Shown here: positions 29,190 to 38,597 of the stretch, in pieces
Position numbering within the stretch: position 1 is the first letter of the stretch
Layout: each line of letters starts with the position of its first letter
Assembly: GCA_963719495.1 (NCBI GenBank)
Contig: CAVRCI010000015.1
Span: forward strand, 1 to 64,000
Direction: 5' to 3'
Source: an uncultured Verrucomicrobiae bacterium
Lineage (GTDB): Bacteria; Verrucomicrobiota; Verrucomicrobiia; Chthoniobacterales; JAATET01
Length of the DNA: 64,000 nt
Position numbers and translations under genes: made by a program
The notes under the pieces: model-generated
The model's database searches: none
What the model saw: the letters and a program-made list of their open reading frames with translations, nothing else
What the model was told of the DNA's origin: nothing

Positions 29190-30080
29190 TTGAATAAAAT
29201 CCTGGTCATTCTGAACCCGGCGGCCCGCGGAGACCGGGCGAAATCGCTGCGACAGACCATCGAAAAGCTGTCTCCAAAGGTGATCGTCGTTCGCGAGACC
29301 AAGGCCATTGGCGACGCCGAAGCCATCGCCGAGCGGGCGGTCGAGCAGGGTTACGAGACGATCGTCGCGGCGGGTGGGGACGGGACGATCAACGAGGTCG
29401 TCAACGGGATCGGCGAGGCGGACGTGACGTTTGGGATTCTGCCGGTCGGGACGATGAACGTCTTCGCGCTGGAGCTGGGGATCCCGGGGAACAACCTCGA
29501 AAAGGCGTGGGCGGTGATCGAGGCGGGGGAAACGCGGCGGATCGATCTGCCGCGGGCGAACGACGAATATTTTGTGCAATTGGCGGGCGTGGGGCTGGAC
29601 GCGGACGTCGTGCAACGGACGTCGCCGGATTTCAAGAAGGTGCTCGGGCCGGTGAGTTACGTGTTGTCGTTGGCGCAGGCGGCGGCGGGCAAGCCGCCGA
29701 AGATCCGGGTCGAGGCGGCGGACGGGACGGTGCGCGAAGGGTGTTTTCTGCTGGCGGGGAATGGGCGGCATTACGGCGGGCCGGTGGTGTTGTTCAAGGA
29801 TGCGACCCTGGATGACGGGTTGCTGGACGTGGTGTTGTTCAAGAATCAGAGTCATTGGGACGTGGTGCGTTACCTGCACGCGATCGCGTTTGGTGCGCAC
29901 GCGGAGCTGCCGGACGTCGAATACTTTCAAACGACGGGCCTGAAAGTGTCCTCGGACACCGACGTGCCGGTCGAGCTGGACGGCGAGATTTCCGGCACGA
30001 CGCCGTTCGAATTCGGCTTCGCCGAGCGGAAGTTGCGGGTGCTCGTGCCGCCCGTGGACAAGCGCCGGAAGCGCGGGTAG
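29190..30080 (+). CDS. Diacylglycerol/lipid kinase (YegS/DagK family)
   Basis: NPAA, GGDGTINEV, GTMN, GVGLDA, LDGE. Confidence 0.92.
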   Translation: MNKILVILNPAARGDRAKSLRQTIEKLSPKVIVVRETKAIGDAEAIAERAVEQGYETIVAAGGDGTINEVVNGIGEADVTFGILPVGTMNVFALELGIPGNNLEKAWAVIEAGETRRIDLPRANDEYFVQLAGVGLDADVVQRTSPDFKKVLGPVSYVLSLAQAAAGKPPKIRVEAADGTVREGCFLLAGNGRHYGGPVVLFKDATLDDGLLDVVLFKNQSHWDVVRYLHAIAFGAHAELPDVEYFQTTGLKVSSDTDVPVELDGEISGTTPFEFGFAERKLRVLVPPVDKRRKRG

Positions 30081-30091
30081 TGTCCGCCGGA

Positions 30092-30967
30092 ATGTTACCG
30101 GATTTTCGAGCGGACGACGCGCGGGCCACGCGGACGTTGGTGCTGATCAACGTGGGGATTTTCGTGCTGATGTCGCTGATGCCGCAGCGGGCTCAATATC
30201 TGGTCGAAGTGCGCTACGGGCTGAGTGGGGCGGGGCTGGCGGCGGGTGCGTGGTGGCAGCTGGTGACGCACCAATTTCTGCACGGGAGCGTGCTGCACAT
30301 CGTGATGAACATGGTGGGGCTGTGGTTCGCGGGGCGCGAGTTGGAGCGGGTGATCGGGACGCGGACGTTCCTCGGGCTCTACTTCGCCGGCGGGATCGTC
30401 GGCGGGCTGGCGCAGATTTTTTTCGTGCCGTCGACGCCGCTGCTCATCGGCGCGTCGGGGGCGGTTTACGCGGTGCTGATCGCGCTCACGGCGATGTTCC
30501 CGAATCTGCCGATCACGGCGCTGATCTTCTTCGTTCTGCCTCTGCGCATGAGGGCGAAGTATCTGGGAATGGGGATCGTCGCGGCGACGGTCGTGATGTG
30601 GGTGACTGGATTCGAGGCAAACGTCGGGCACGCGGCGCATTTGGGCGGGGCGTTCGTGGGCTTCCTGTTTGGTCGGTGGTATGCGAAGAAGGAACTGCGG
30701 GACCCCGCGAGTTTCGCGGCCGCGACGCCGGTCTTCGGCGTGGCGCGACGGATGGGGGATTCCGCGGAGGGCGGTCGGCGTTACCGCGGCGGCGCAGGAT
30801 TCGGGCGGACGGTCTTCGAGGTGGTGGATCCGGCGGGGGCGTCGGGGGCGCGAGGGGTGGACGAGATCCTAGACAAGGTGTTGCGGGAGGGGATCGATTC
30901 GCTGACTCGGGAGGAACGGGAGGTTCTGGAGCGAGCGCGAGGGCAGCGGCCGAAGCGGTGGGGGTGA
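30092..30967 (+). CDS. Rhomboid intramembrane serine protease
   Basis: FLHGSxxHxxxN, GASGA, AHLGG; C-terminal VDEILDK..GIDSLT domain. Confidence 0.92.
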   Translation: MLPDFRADDARATRTLVLINVGIFVLMSLMPQRAQYLVEVRYGLSGAGLAAGAWWQLVTHQFLHGSVLHIVMNMVGLWFAGRELERVIGTRTFLGLYFAGGIVGGLAQIFFVPSTPLLIGASGAVYAVLIALTAMFPNLPITALIFFVLPLRMRAKYLGMGIVAATVVMWVTGFEANVGHAAHLGGAFVGFLFGRWYAKKELRDPASFAAATPVFGVARRMGDSAEGGRRYRGGAGFGRTVFEVVDPAGASGARGVDEILDKVLREGIDSLTREEREVLERARGQRPKRWG

Positions 30968-31187
30968 GGTGAGTTTTTGACAGGATTCACGGGATTTTCA
31001 GGATTGGGGGTGAGGGTCGCTTTTCCCCTTCTGTCATTCTGAGCGAAGCGAAGAATCTCTGGCTTCTCAGGCGTGACGGGCGGTGAGTAGTGCAAAGCAG
31101 TGATTACCTTTTTGTTTCTGAACTTCGGAAGTGAAAGGCGGTCGATGGCTCTTCGCTTCGCTCAGAATGACAGGTTTTGAAGGAAAT

Positions 31188-32831
31188 TTACTGCGTCGAC
31201 GGTTCCCATGACCAGAGCTGGATGTGGGGTTGGAGGTATTGGAGTTGGCCCGGGGGGGAGTCCAAGAGGAGGGTTCCCGAGTCGAAGAGCTCTTCGTAGA
31301 AGGCTTTGCGGCGGGCGAATTCGGCGGCTCCGGCGTCGGTGGGCTTGAGCTTATCGCGGAAGAATCGGCCGTAATCGCCTTCCGCGACGGCGATCAATGT
31401 GATTTCGCGGTCGCGGAGCTCGGCGAGGGTGCCGACGTCGGCGGCGAAGAGTTTTCCTGCGATCGGATTGGGGAGGTCGAGTTCGCGGAGGTTGACGCGT
31501 TTGTCGGAGATGATCGTGGCGGTCGGATCGATGTTGGCTCGGATGTAGCGGGCAATTTTCGAGCGTCCGTCGTTCGAGAATCCGTCGAAGTAGCGCCAGA
31601 AGTGGGGTGCCTGGACGGCCAACGCGACGACGAGGGCGGCGGCCATGATGAGGCCAGCCAGCGTCCGCGAGATCGGAGGATTCGTCCGAAGGAGCGACCA
31701 CGGCATCTGCCGAATGGGAATGCCGCGATAAGTCAGGTAGAGCCGGGCGCGCGCGACTGCTTCGTGAATCAATGGGGGAAGAAGAACGATCGCGGCTCCG
31801 GCCATCGCGAGGAGGAGGCCGGTGGCGGGGAGGAAGTAGCGGTGGTGGGTCTTCGGCGAAAAGGACAGGACGAGAGCGAAGATGAGCGGGAACGTTGCGA
31901 GCAGCCATTCGACGGGGCGGGCGGTGCGCCAGCGGACGAGGAGGCTGATCGCGAACACGATGAGGAGAGCCCAGATCGCGGGGTTTATGGATTCGCGGAA
32001 GACGGCTCCGTAGACGCCGTGCGGGATGGCGCGGGTGATGCCTTTGTGACCGTGGACGGCGAAGTCGAGCTCCCGGTCGAAGCCGGCGGCGAAGGCGGTT
32101 GGGTTGAGGAAAATCGGGAGGTTCGCGAGGGCGAACGTGGCGACGGCGGCGAGGAACCAGAGCGAGAGGGTGGTCATCCAGCGTGGTCCGGAATGCGCGG
32201 CGGCGGGGACGCCGCCGCTCGCACGCGGGGACGCGCGCGCTCCCCAGACGAGTGAGACGAGCGCGACCGGGATGACGAGGGCGCCGACGTATTTGCCGGA
32301 GATGGCCAGGCCGGTGCCGATGCCGAGGAGGGCGGCGGTTTTGTTGCCGGGGTTGCGGTCGAAGGCGGCGAGCGCGAGGAAGAACGCGCTCACGCCGAGC
32401 AGGACGGCGGGGTCTTCTTTGAAATAGTGCGCCAGCTCGAAGAGGTGGTGGTTCGTGACGAGGAGCGCACCCGCGAAGGCTCCGGCGAGGTGGCCGTAGA
32501 GGAGGATCGTGAGGAGGACGAGGCAGAAGACCGCCCCGGCCGTGAACGTGGCGGAGACCCAACGGCCGACTTCGGTGACGCGTTGGACGTCGTCGCTGGC
32601 TCCGGTGATCGCGACCGCGACCTTGGCCGCCGAGAGCATCAGCATCGGGTGGTGAAAATTGAATTCGCCCTCGATGATTTGGCGGGCCTTGCTCGGCTCG
32701 TCGGGGTGGTAGCTGGCGGGGAAGGTGTTCGCCTGCGTGTAGGACCAGAGGGCGAGGAGGGCGAAGGCGAGGGAGAGGCCCAGGGCGGTCTTGTGATTGG
32801 TGAATGGTGAATGGTGAATGGTGGGATTCAT
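31188..32831 (-). CDS. ArnT/PMT-like GT-C glycosyltransferase
   Basis: YHPDE, FHHP, HYFKED, GKY, RYFLP; many TMs. Confidence 0.78.
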   Translation of the reverse strand: MNPTIHHSPFTNHKTALGLSLAFALLALWSYTQANTFPASYHPDEPSKARQIIEGEFNFHHPMLMLSAAKVAVAITGASDDVQRVTEVGRWVSATFTAGAVFCLVLLTILLYGHLAGAFAGALLVTNHHLFELAHYFKEDPAVLLGVSAFFLALAAFDRNPGNKTAALLGIGTGLAISGKYVGALVIPVALVSLVWGARASPRASGGVPAAAHSGPRWMTTLSLWFLAAVATFALANLPIFLNPTAFAAGFDRELDFAVHGHKGITRAIPHGVYGAVFRESINPAIWALLIVFAISLLVRWRTARPVEWLLATFPLIFALVLSFSPKTHHRYFLPATGLLLAMAGAAIVLLPPLIHEAVARARLYLTYRGIPIRQMPWSLLRTNPPISRTLAGLIMAAALVVALAVQAPHFWRYFDGFSNDGRSKIARYIRANIDPTATIISDKRVNLRELDLPNPIAGKLFAADVGTLAELRDREITLIAVAEGDYGRFFRDKLKPTDAGAAEFARRKAFYEELFDSGTLLLDSPPGQLQYLQPHIQLWSWEPSTQ

Positions 32832-34552
32832 TCCTGCGGCGTGATCCAAGCTTCGACGACTTTGGCTTCGGGATCGTAGACGGTGAGGTCGACTTCGAGG
32901 GTGAGGCCTTTGGGGATCGGAACGGCGATGGCGCTGCCGGCGTGGACGACTCCGGGATCCTCCGCGAGATTCTCGCCGGTCGCGGTGTCGCGGGCGTGAA
33001 CGATGGCGAAGCGCTGGCGGACCGGGCGGTCGAAAAGGATGACGAGCGCGTGGCCGTCCTTCGCGGTGAAGGTGAGATCTTCGGGCTCGATGCCCGTTTC
33101 AGCGGAGCGGTCGGCTAGCTCGGATGGAAGGTCCGCGATGCGGTGATTTTCGGGAAGTTGAAACGTCAGCGAAATGTCGCGGATCGAGCCTGGGACGGTG
33201 ACGACGGCGGTGCCGGGTTCGTTGGCCGGACGGGTGAAGCGGCGGTCGTCGGCCCATTTGTTGGGGGCGGAGGCGACGATGAGGTTGCCGGCGAGGAAGG
33301 CGCGCTCGTCGAAGTCGGTGGTGCGGCTCGCGGAGTCGGCGAGAGTTTGCCGGAGGTATTTGGCGCGTTCTTCGAAGTCGACTTTGACGTCCGGCGGGAA
33401 GGCGGCGTCGATCCAGTTGGCGGCGCGGGTCCAATCCTCGGCGGGAACGAAATTCACCGCGCGCAGCGCGGGGACCGACGTGGCGACGAGGGCGGTGCCG
33501 ACGCAGGCGACGACGAGGGCACGGAGCGAAAAGGGCGCGAAATCGCGGAGCAATGCGCCGGCCGCGAAGACGCCGGCGAAGGCGAACGGGATCGTCATGA
33601 ACGCGGCGACGCGGACGGGCGGGGATTCGAGAACGAGTAGAATCGAGAAGGCGGCGAGGGCGGCGGCGGAAACCGTCGCGAGGGCTCGGGCCGAGGGGTC
33701 GCGGCGATTCGCGAGCACCAGCGCGAACGGGGTGACTGCGACCGCGGCGAAGAATGCGGCGGTCGCGAGGTTGCTCGCGCTGAAGAGGTAAAGTTTGATG
33801 GCGCGGAGGATGCCTTCCCACGTCTCGAAGTCGTTCTCGGCGTCGCCGCGGAAGTCCGTGTAGGCGGTGATGAGCTGGGTGAGGACGGGCGCGTAAAGGA
33901 TAAGCGTGACACCCGCCGAGATCGACCCGGCGACGAAGACGTCACGGCGGCGAGTGGTCGCCCACAGGAGAAGGAGTAGCGGGCCGCCGAAGAAAACGAA
34001 CGACGGGACGGTGTAGATCCCGAGGACGATCGTGGCCGCAATCACTCCCAGCCAGAATCGATGATCGGTCCGGCAGTAGGCGAGGGTGCCGATGGATGCG
34101 AGGAGAGCGAAGAGGGCCAGGAATCCGTAGCCACGCGCCTCCATCGAGAGTGTCAACATCTGGGGTGCAAAACTCCACAGCGCCAGAAACACACCGGCCT
34201 CGAGAAACCGCCCCAGCGCCATGGCGAGGAGCAGCATGACGACCGGGATGGCGGCCGTCGCGAAGATCGCGAGGACGCGGACGCGGGCGGGGTTCAGCGA
34301 TTCGCGACCCGGGAGGATGCTGTTGAGGAGATTGAAGAAGATGTGGTTTTTCGGCGCGCGGTAGTCGGTGATCACCCGCACCGGTCCCTTGCCGCTGAAG
34401 GTCCCAATCGTGCCGAATTCGTCGGTCGAAAGCGACGTGCTCGCCATGGCGCCCATGACCTGCCCGGACTGGAAGAGGGCCAGGATCATGAGAAGAACGC
34501 CGAGCACGACCTCGACGCGCAGCCACGCGCGGACCCAGAGCGGGACGGTCAT
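32828..34552 (-). CDS. GT-C-like membrane glycosyltransferase
   Basis: TDE, PKNH, EARGY motifs; many TMs. Confidence 0.7.
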   Translation of the reverse strand: MTVPLWVRAWLRVEVVLGVLLMILALFQSGQVMGAMASTSLSTDEFGTIGTFSGKGPVRVITDYRAPKNHIFFNLLNSILPGRESLNPARVRVLAIFATAAIPVVMLLLAMALGRFLEAGVFLALWSFAPQMLTLSMEARGYGFLALFALLASIGTLAYCRTDHRFWLGVIAATIVLGIYTVPSFVFFGGPLLLLLWATTRRRDVFVAGSISAGVTLILYAPVLTQLITAYTDFRGDAENDFETWEGILRAIKLYLFSASNLATAAFFAAVAVTPFALVLANRRDPSARALATVSAAALAAFSILLVLESPPVRVAAFMTIPFAFAGVFAAGALLRDFAPFSLRALVVACVGTALVATSVPALRAVNFVPAEDWTRAANWIDAAFPPDVKVDFEERAKYLRQTLADSASRTTDFDERAFLAGNLIVASAPNKWADDRRFTRPANEPGTAVVTVPGSIRDISLTFQLPENHRIADLPSELADRSAETGIEPEDLTFTAKDGHALVILFDRPVRQRFAIVHARDTATGENLAEDPGVVHAGSAIAVPIPKGLTLEVDLTVYDPEAKVVEAWITPQE

Positions 34553-34890
34553 CGGCGGAAGGAAATGGCGCGGGTTTTCAAGGTCGCCCGACGTTACCGA
34601 AGACGAATCGGCCCGCGAGAATTTCTTTTGCGGCGAGACCGGCGGTCGGGTCCCCGGATCTCACCGGTTTGGCGGCGAATCCCGCGAATTTTTCGTCGGC
34701 TGATTGCTGCTCCCAAGTCAATGGGTTGGCGCTCCTCGATTCCACCGATTCTCGGTGCCGTCCGACATCTCGGTGCTGGTGAGGGTGGATAACCGGACCG
34801 AAGGGCGAGGAGAGCGCAAAGGGGTGGGAGAATTCAAACAAAGCTCTGGCTTTTGAATTCCCCTTCTTTGCGATTTTCGCGTTCTTCTGT

Positions 34891-35973
34891 TCAAACACCT
34901 TGCGCTGCGAGTCTTCCGGCGGCTTCGCCGGTGGCGAGGGCGGTGCCGATGACGCGGAGGGCGGCCTGGGCTTCGTGGGTGGCGCTGAGGCAGCGGCCGG
35001 CGGTGAGGAGATTGGGGACCGTGGCGGAGCGGAGGGCTCGAGCGGGGATTTGGCAGGGGCCGGTGGGGTAGCGGAACTTGGGGCCACGGATGGTTTCGCG
35101 AAGTTCGATCGGCCACGTGGACACGGCGACGGCGTCGGGGAAAGTGGCTCCGGTGAGAATGTCGTCGGCGGTGAGCTGGTATCGACCGCGAACGAGGTGG
35201 CTTTCGCGGACGCCAAGTTGGGTGGACAGGGTCTTGCGGGTTGCGCGCTCGAAACCGGGAAGGGTGCGGAGATGGGAGACGACGCGGGCGGTCAGGTCGA
35301 GGGCTTGGTCGAAATCTTCGTGGGGGAGGTCGATGGTGACGTAGGTCTCTCCGACGCTTTCGCGGAGGGCGGCACCGGGGGCGACTCGGCGGAGGTGGTT
35401 GGCGATTTGGAGGCGGAGGTTGGGCGTGAGGGGAACTGCGTCCGCCAGGGTGAAGATGATGGCGGGGCGCTGGCGGGTGGGGGCGAGGTCGGCGGATTCC
35501 CGGGCGAGGTTGGCTTCGCCGGTCGTGTCGATGACGACGGTGGGTTCGAGTATGACGTCCCCGGAGATCCAAGACCGCGTGATTTCTGAACCAATGAACG
35601 GCCTGACCCCTCGGCTGAGGTGAGTGGTGAGGTTTTTGGTTTCGGCGGTGAGGGTGGTGGCGAGTTGGGCGAAGGCGGCGGGCTTGGTCGGGAGGACGTC
35701 GAGGCGGCCCATTCTCACGGGCGGGGCGGCTCCGCCGATGGCGAGGAGGCGCTCGGCGATTTCCTTCGGGAAGCCTTCGTGGGCGTATTCGGCTCCGGGC
35801 TTTTCCCGGATGTGGTAGAGGCCGCAAATGGTGTGGACGAGGGCGGCGGTGACGTTGCCGCCGAGCTGGGGGTTGCGCTCGACGAGGTGCGTGTTGGCTC
35901 CGGCGCGGGCGGCGGTGATGGCGGCGGCAATGCCGGCGGGGCCTCCGCCGACGACGAGGACGTCACACCGCAT
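34891..35973 (-). CDS. FAD-dependent oxidoreductase
   Basis: DVLVVGGGPAG, IDTTG, GVRES, AGRCLS, ALRV..T..ATGEAAG. Confidence 0.88.
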   Translation of the reverse strand: MRCDVLVVGGGPAGIAAAITAARAGANTHLVERNPQLGGNVTAALVHTICGLYHIREKPGAEYAHEGFPKEIAERLLAIGGAAPPVRMGRLDVLPTKPAAFAQLATTLTAETKNLTTHLSRGVRPFIGSEITRSWISGDVILEPTVVIDTTGEANLARESADLAPTRQRPAIIFTLADAVPLTPNLRLQIANHLRRVAPGAALRESVGETYVTIDLPHEDFDQALDLTARVVSHLRTLPGFERATRKTLSTQLGVRESHLVRGRYQLTADDILTGATFPDAVAVSTWPIELRETIRGPKFRYPTGPCQIPARALRSATVPNLLTAGRCLSATHEAQAALRVIGTALATGEAAGRLAAQGV

Positions 35974-37258
35974 GCGCGGGGACGGTGGCGGGGCGGCCGA
36001 GGAGGTCTTCGCAGGTGTGGGCGAGGAGTTTCTTGGCCTCGGCTTCGGTGACGCTGCCTTCGCGCCAGGTGGTGACGACGGTGAGGCGGCCCTGGTTTTC
36101 GTTGCAGAAGATGCCGGAGCCGGGTGGGTTGCAGAGGGACGGGACGTGGTAGGCGTTGGTGACTTTGGCCCCGTGAAGTTCGGTGAGATTGGGGGCGAAG
36201 GGGCCGGTGTGGGAGTGGAAGAAGCTGGTGATCTCGCCGTTGAATTGCCAGCGAACCTGCCCCATGTAGGGCCGGGCGGGGAGGCGGCGCATGAGCTGCA
36301 TCATGGCTCCGAAGGCAACTTCGAGTTTCTGCCGCGTCATGTCGGCAAATTGCTGGTGGGCGGCTTTGGTGGCGTGTTCGACGGTGTCGAGGGTGTCTTT
36401 TTCCAAGCCGAAGAACATGATGCTCATTCGGTTCTGAAAGAAATCGGCTTTCGCTCCCTTGCGGCGGACCTGGATCGGGACGCTCACGACGTAGCGGTCG
36501 GGGTCCTGGCCGCGGTCGAGGAAGATGGCGCGGTGGGCGCGGGCGGCGCAGGCGAGGAAGTAGCCGAGGTTGAAGAGGGGGCCGGTGAGGGCGCGGGCGC
36601 GGGCGTGGATGGTCGCGGTGTCGGCGGGGTCGAAGGTGACGTGGGCGGCGCGGATGCGGCCGGGTTTGGCCGTAGGCCCGGCAAGGGATTGAAAACCGAG
36701 GCGGGAGAAGCGGTTGAGCCGATCCATGATGACGACCGCTTTTTTGAGGTTGTCGATGATCGAGGGTGCCGGGCTGGCGTTGGGGGCCGGGAGGTCGATG
36801 TCGGCGGCGGGCTCGGAGGGATTGGCGAGCTCGGTGGCGAAGTATTCCGCGCCCTTGCCGTCGAAGAGCAGGTGCGACCAGGAGAGGATGAGGACGGCGG
36901 TGCCGTCGGCTCGGAGGTAAAGGTCGAGGCGGAGATTGACCGTGCGGTCGGGGCGCGGGGTGTTGAGCAGGTCCTCGGCCCAGGTGTCGAACTCGGCGGC
37001 GGGTTGGAAGGAGTGCCCGCCGGGCGGCGAGGTGTCGTCTTCGGCCCAAAGGTGGATCGGTAGTCCGCGCTCGGAGTGGGGGAGGGGGTGCCAGCGGGCT
37101 TCGGAAGTGAGAAGGTTCCGCGAGATGCGGGCGTGGAGGAGGGGGTGGCTTCCGGCGAGGCGGTTGGCGGCGGCCTGGAGGTCGGTGAGGTCGGGGAGGC
37201 GGTCGAGCTCGATCCGGCTTTGGCTGACGAGCTCGTCCTGGCCGCTGCGGCGCATCAT
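35963..37258 (-). CDS. Condensation-domain/CoA-dependent acyltransferase-like protein (true start may lie upstream)
   Basis: HPLL and SHLLFDGKG (HxxxDG) motif; adjacent to ACP. Confidence 0.75.
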   Translation of the reverse strand: MMRRSGQDELVSQSRIELDRLPDLTDLQAAANRLAGSHPLLHARISRNLLTSEARWHPLPHSERGLPIHLWAEDDTSPPGGHSFQPAAEFDTWAEDLLNTPRPDRTVNLRLDLYLRADGTAVLILSWSHLLFDGKGAEYFATELANPSEPAADIDLPAPNASPAPSIIDNLKKAVVIMDRLNRFSRLGFQSLAGPTAKPGRIRAAHVTFDPADTATIHARARALTGPLFNLGYFLACAARAHRAIFLDRGQDPDRYVVSVPIQVRRKGAKADFFQNRMSIMFFGLEKDTLDTVEHATKAAHQQFADMTRQKLEVAFGAMMQLMRRLPARPYMGQVRWQFNGEITSFFHSHTGPFAPNLTELHGAKVTNAYHVPSLCNPPGSGIFCNENQGRLTVVTTWREGSVTEAEAKKLLAHTCEDLLGRPATVPAHAV

Positions 37259-37373
37259 CTCGTTGACGGAGAGGACGAAGGCGTCGGCTCCGGTGAGCGG
37301 GATGGTGCGGGGCGGAGTTTTCAGATTTAGGAACTATGTTTTAAGAATTGATTCGTCTCGGCGCTGGTGAGGA

Positions 37374-37637
37374 TCAAGTCGCGTATTTCTGGACGAGCGG
37401 GACGATGGTCTTGATGGTGCCAAATTTTTCGGTGGTCATTTCCTCGGGCGGGATGGCGGCTCCGAAGCGGTCTTCGACCATGACGAGGAGCTGCATGATG
37501 GCCATGGAGTCGAGTCCGGCGGCGAAGAGATCGTCGTCGGCTCCGAAGCCGGGGGGAGTCTCGAGCAGGTTGCCGACGATCATCTCCAGGAGGGCGGCTT
37601 CAATCTGATCAGGGGAGGGATTGTCGCCGGGATTCAT
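37374..37637 (-). CDS. Acyl/peptidyl carrier protein
   Basis: GLDSMA phosphopantetheine motif; acidic, 87 aa. Confidence 0.9.
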   Translation of the reverse strand: MNPGDNPSPDQIEAALLEMIVGNLLETPPGFGADDDLFAAGLDSMAIMQLLVMVEDRFGAAIPPEEMTTEKFGTIKTIVPLVQKYAT

Positions 37638-37709
37638 GGCGGGGATTGATGAAATTCGGGTGTGGGTTGTCAAGCTTGGGGGCGGGGAGGATTGGCGCTT
37701 CGCGCTTGG

Positions 37710-38597
37710 TTAACGTGGCTCGGGCTGGAAGCCCTCGCCCGCGGGCTGGAAGCCCGCGCTCCCCAGAAACTGCTTCGCAGTTTGCGCTCCAACGTCGATG
37801 AGTTGCTGGCGGTCGGAGTGGTCGCCGAACTTGGGGCGGCGGTGGTTGGATCGGCAGTGGATGATGCGTTTGCCGCGCTCGACGGCGAGAGCGGCCACGA
37901 GATCGTGCACGCGGTGCTGGATGATGTGGTGGGCGACGTTGATGCCGTCGGAGATGGTGAGGTGGGCTCCGTGGCCAGCCAGATCGGTGTGCTCGGGGTG
38001 GTCGGCGGTGTGGAGGATGATCGTGTCGATGGCGGGGTCGTCGAGGAATTGGGCAACGGGGTTGCTGTCGGCGATGCCGCCGTCCCAGTAGAGGTTGTCG
38101 TCGATCCGGACCCCGGCGAAGAGCCCGGGCACGGCCCAGCTGGCGGTGATGAAGTCGGCGAGCGGGCCGCGGCGGATCATTTCGGCGCGGCCCTGGGTGA
38201 GGTTCGAGACGCTGATCGAGAGGTCGGCGGTGGGGCAATCCTCGATTCGCTGATCGCCGACGATGTTGCGGAGATGCGCGAGGGCGTGACGTCCGCTGAG
38301 GAAGCCGGTGAAGCCCCGCCAGTTGACCAGCATTGGGAAACCGCGCAGGACGCTCGGCCAATCCCAGAACGCTTTGACCATTCGTTGATCGAGGATGATT
38401 TCGCGGATGCGCTCGGGCGGGATGCCCGCCGCGTAGAGTCCGGCGACGTAGGCCCCGGCGGAGGCTCCGCTGATACGGGCGGGCGCGACGCCGGCGTCGA
38501 CGAGGCCTTGCAGAAATCCGGTGTGCACGAAGAAACCGAGGAAGGAGGCCCCGAGGCAGACGGCAATCCGGTCGTTGGGGGGGAGCGGTTCGGTCAC
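37710..38597 (-). CDS. Patatin-like phospholipase
   Basis: GASAG nucleophile motif, SWAVPGLF, DGG. Confidence 0.88.
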   Translation of the reverse strand: MTEPLPPNDRIAVCLGASFLGFFVHTGFLQGLVDAGVAPARISGASAGAYVAGLYAAGIPPERIREIILDQRMVKAFWDWPSVLRGFPMLVNWRGFTGFLSGRHALAHLRNIVGDQRIEDCPTADLSISVSNLTQGRAEMIRRGPLADFITASWAVPGLFAGVRIDDNLYWDGGIADSNPVAQFLDDPAIDTIILHTADHPEHTDLAGHGAHLTISDGINVAHHIIQHRVHDLVAALAVERGKRIIHCRSNHRRPKFGDHSDRQQLIDVGAQTAKQFLGSAGFQPAGEGFQPEPR

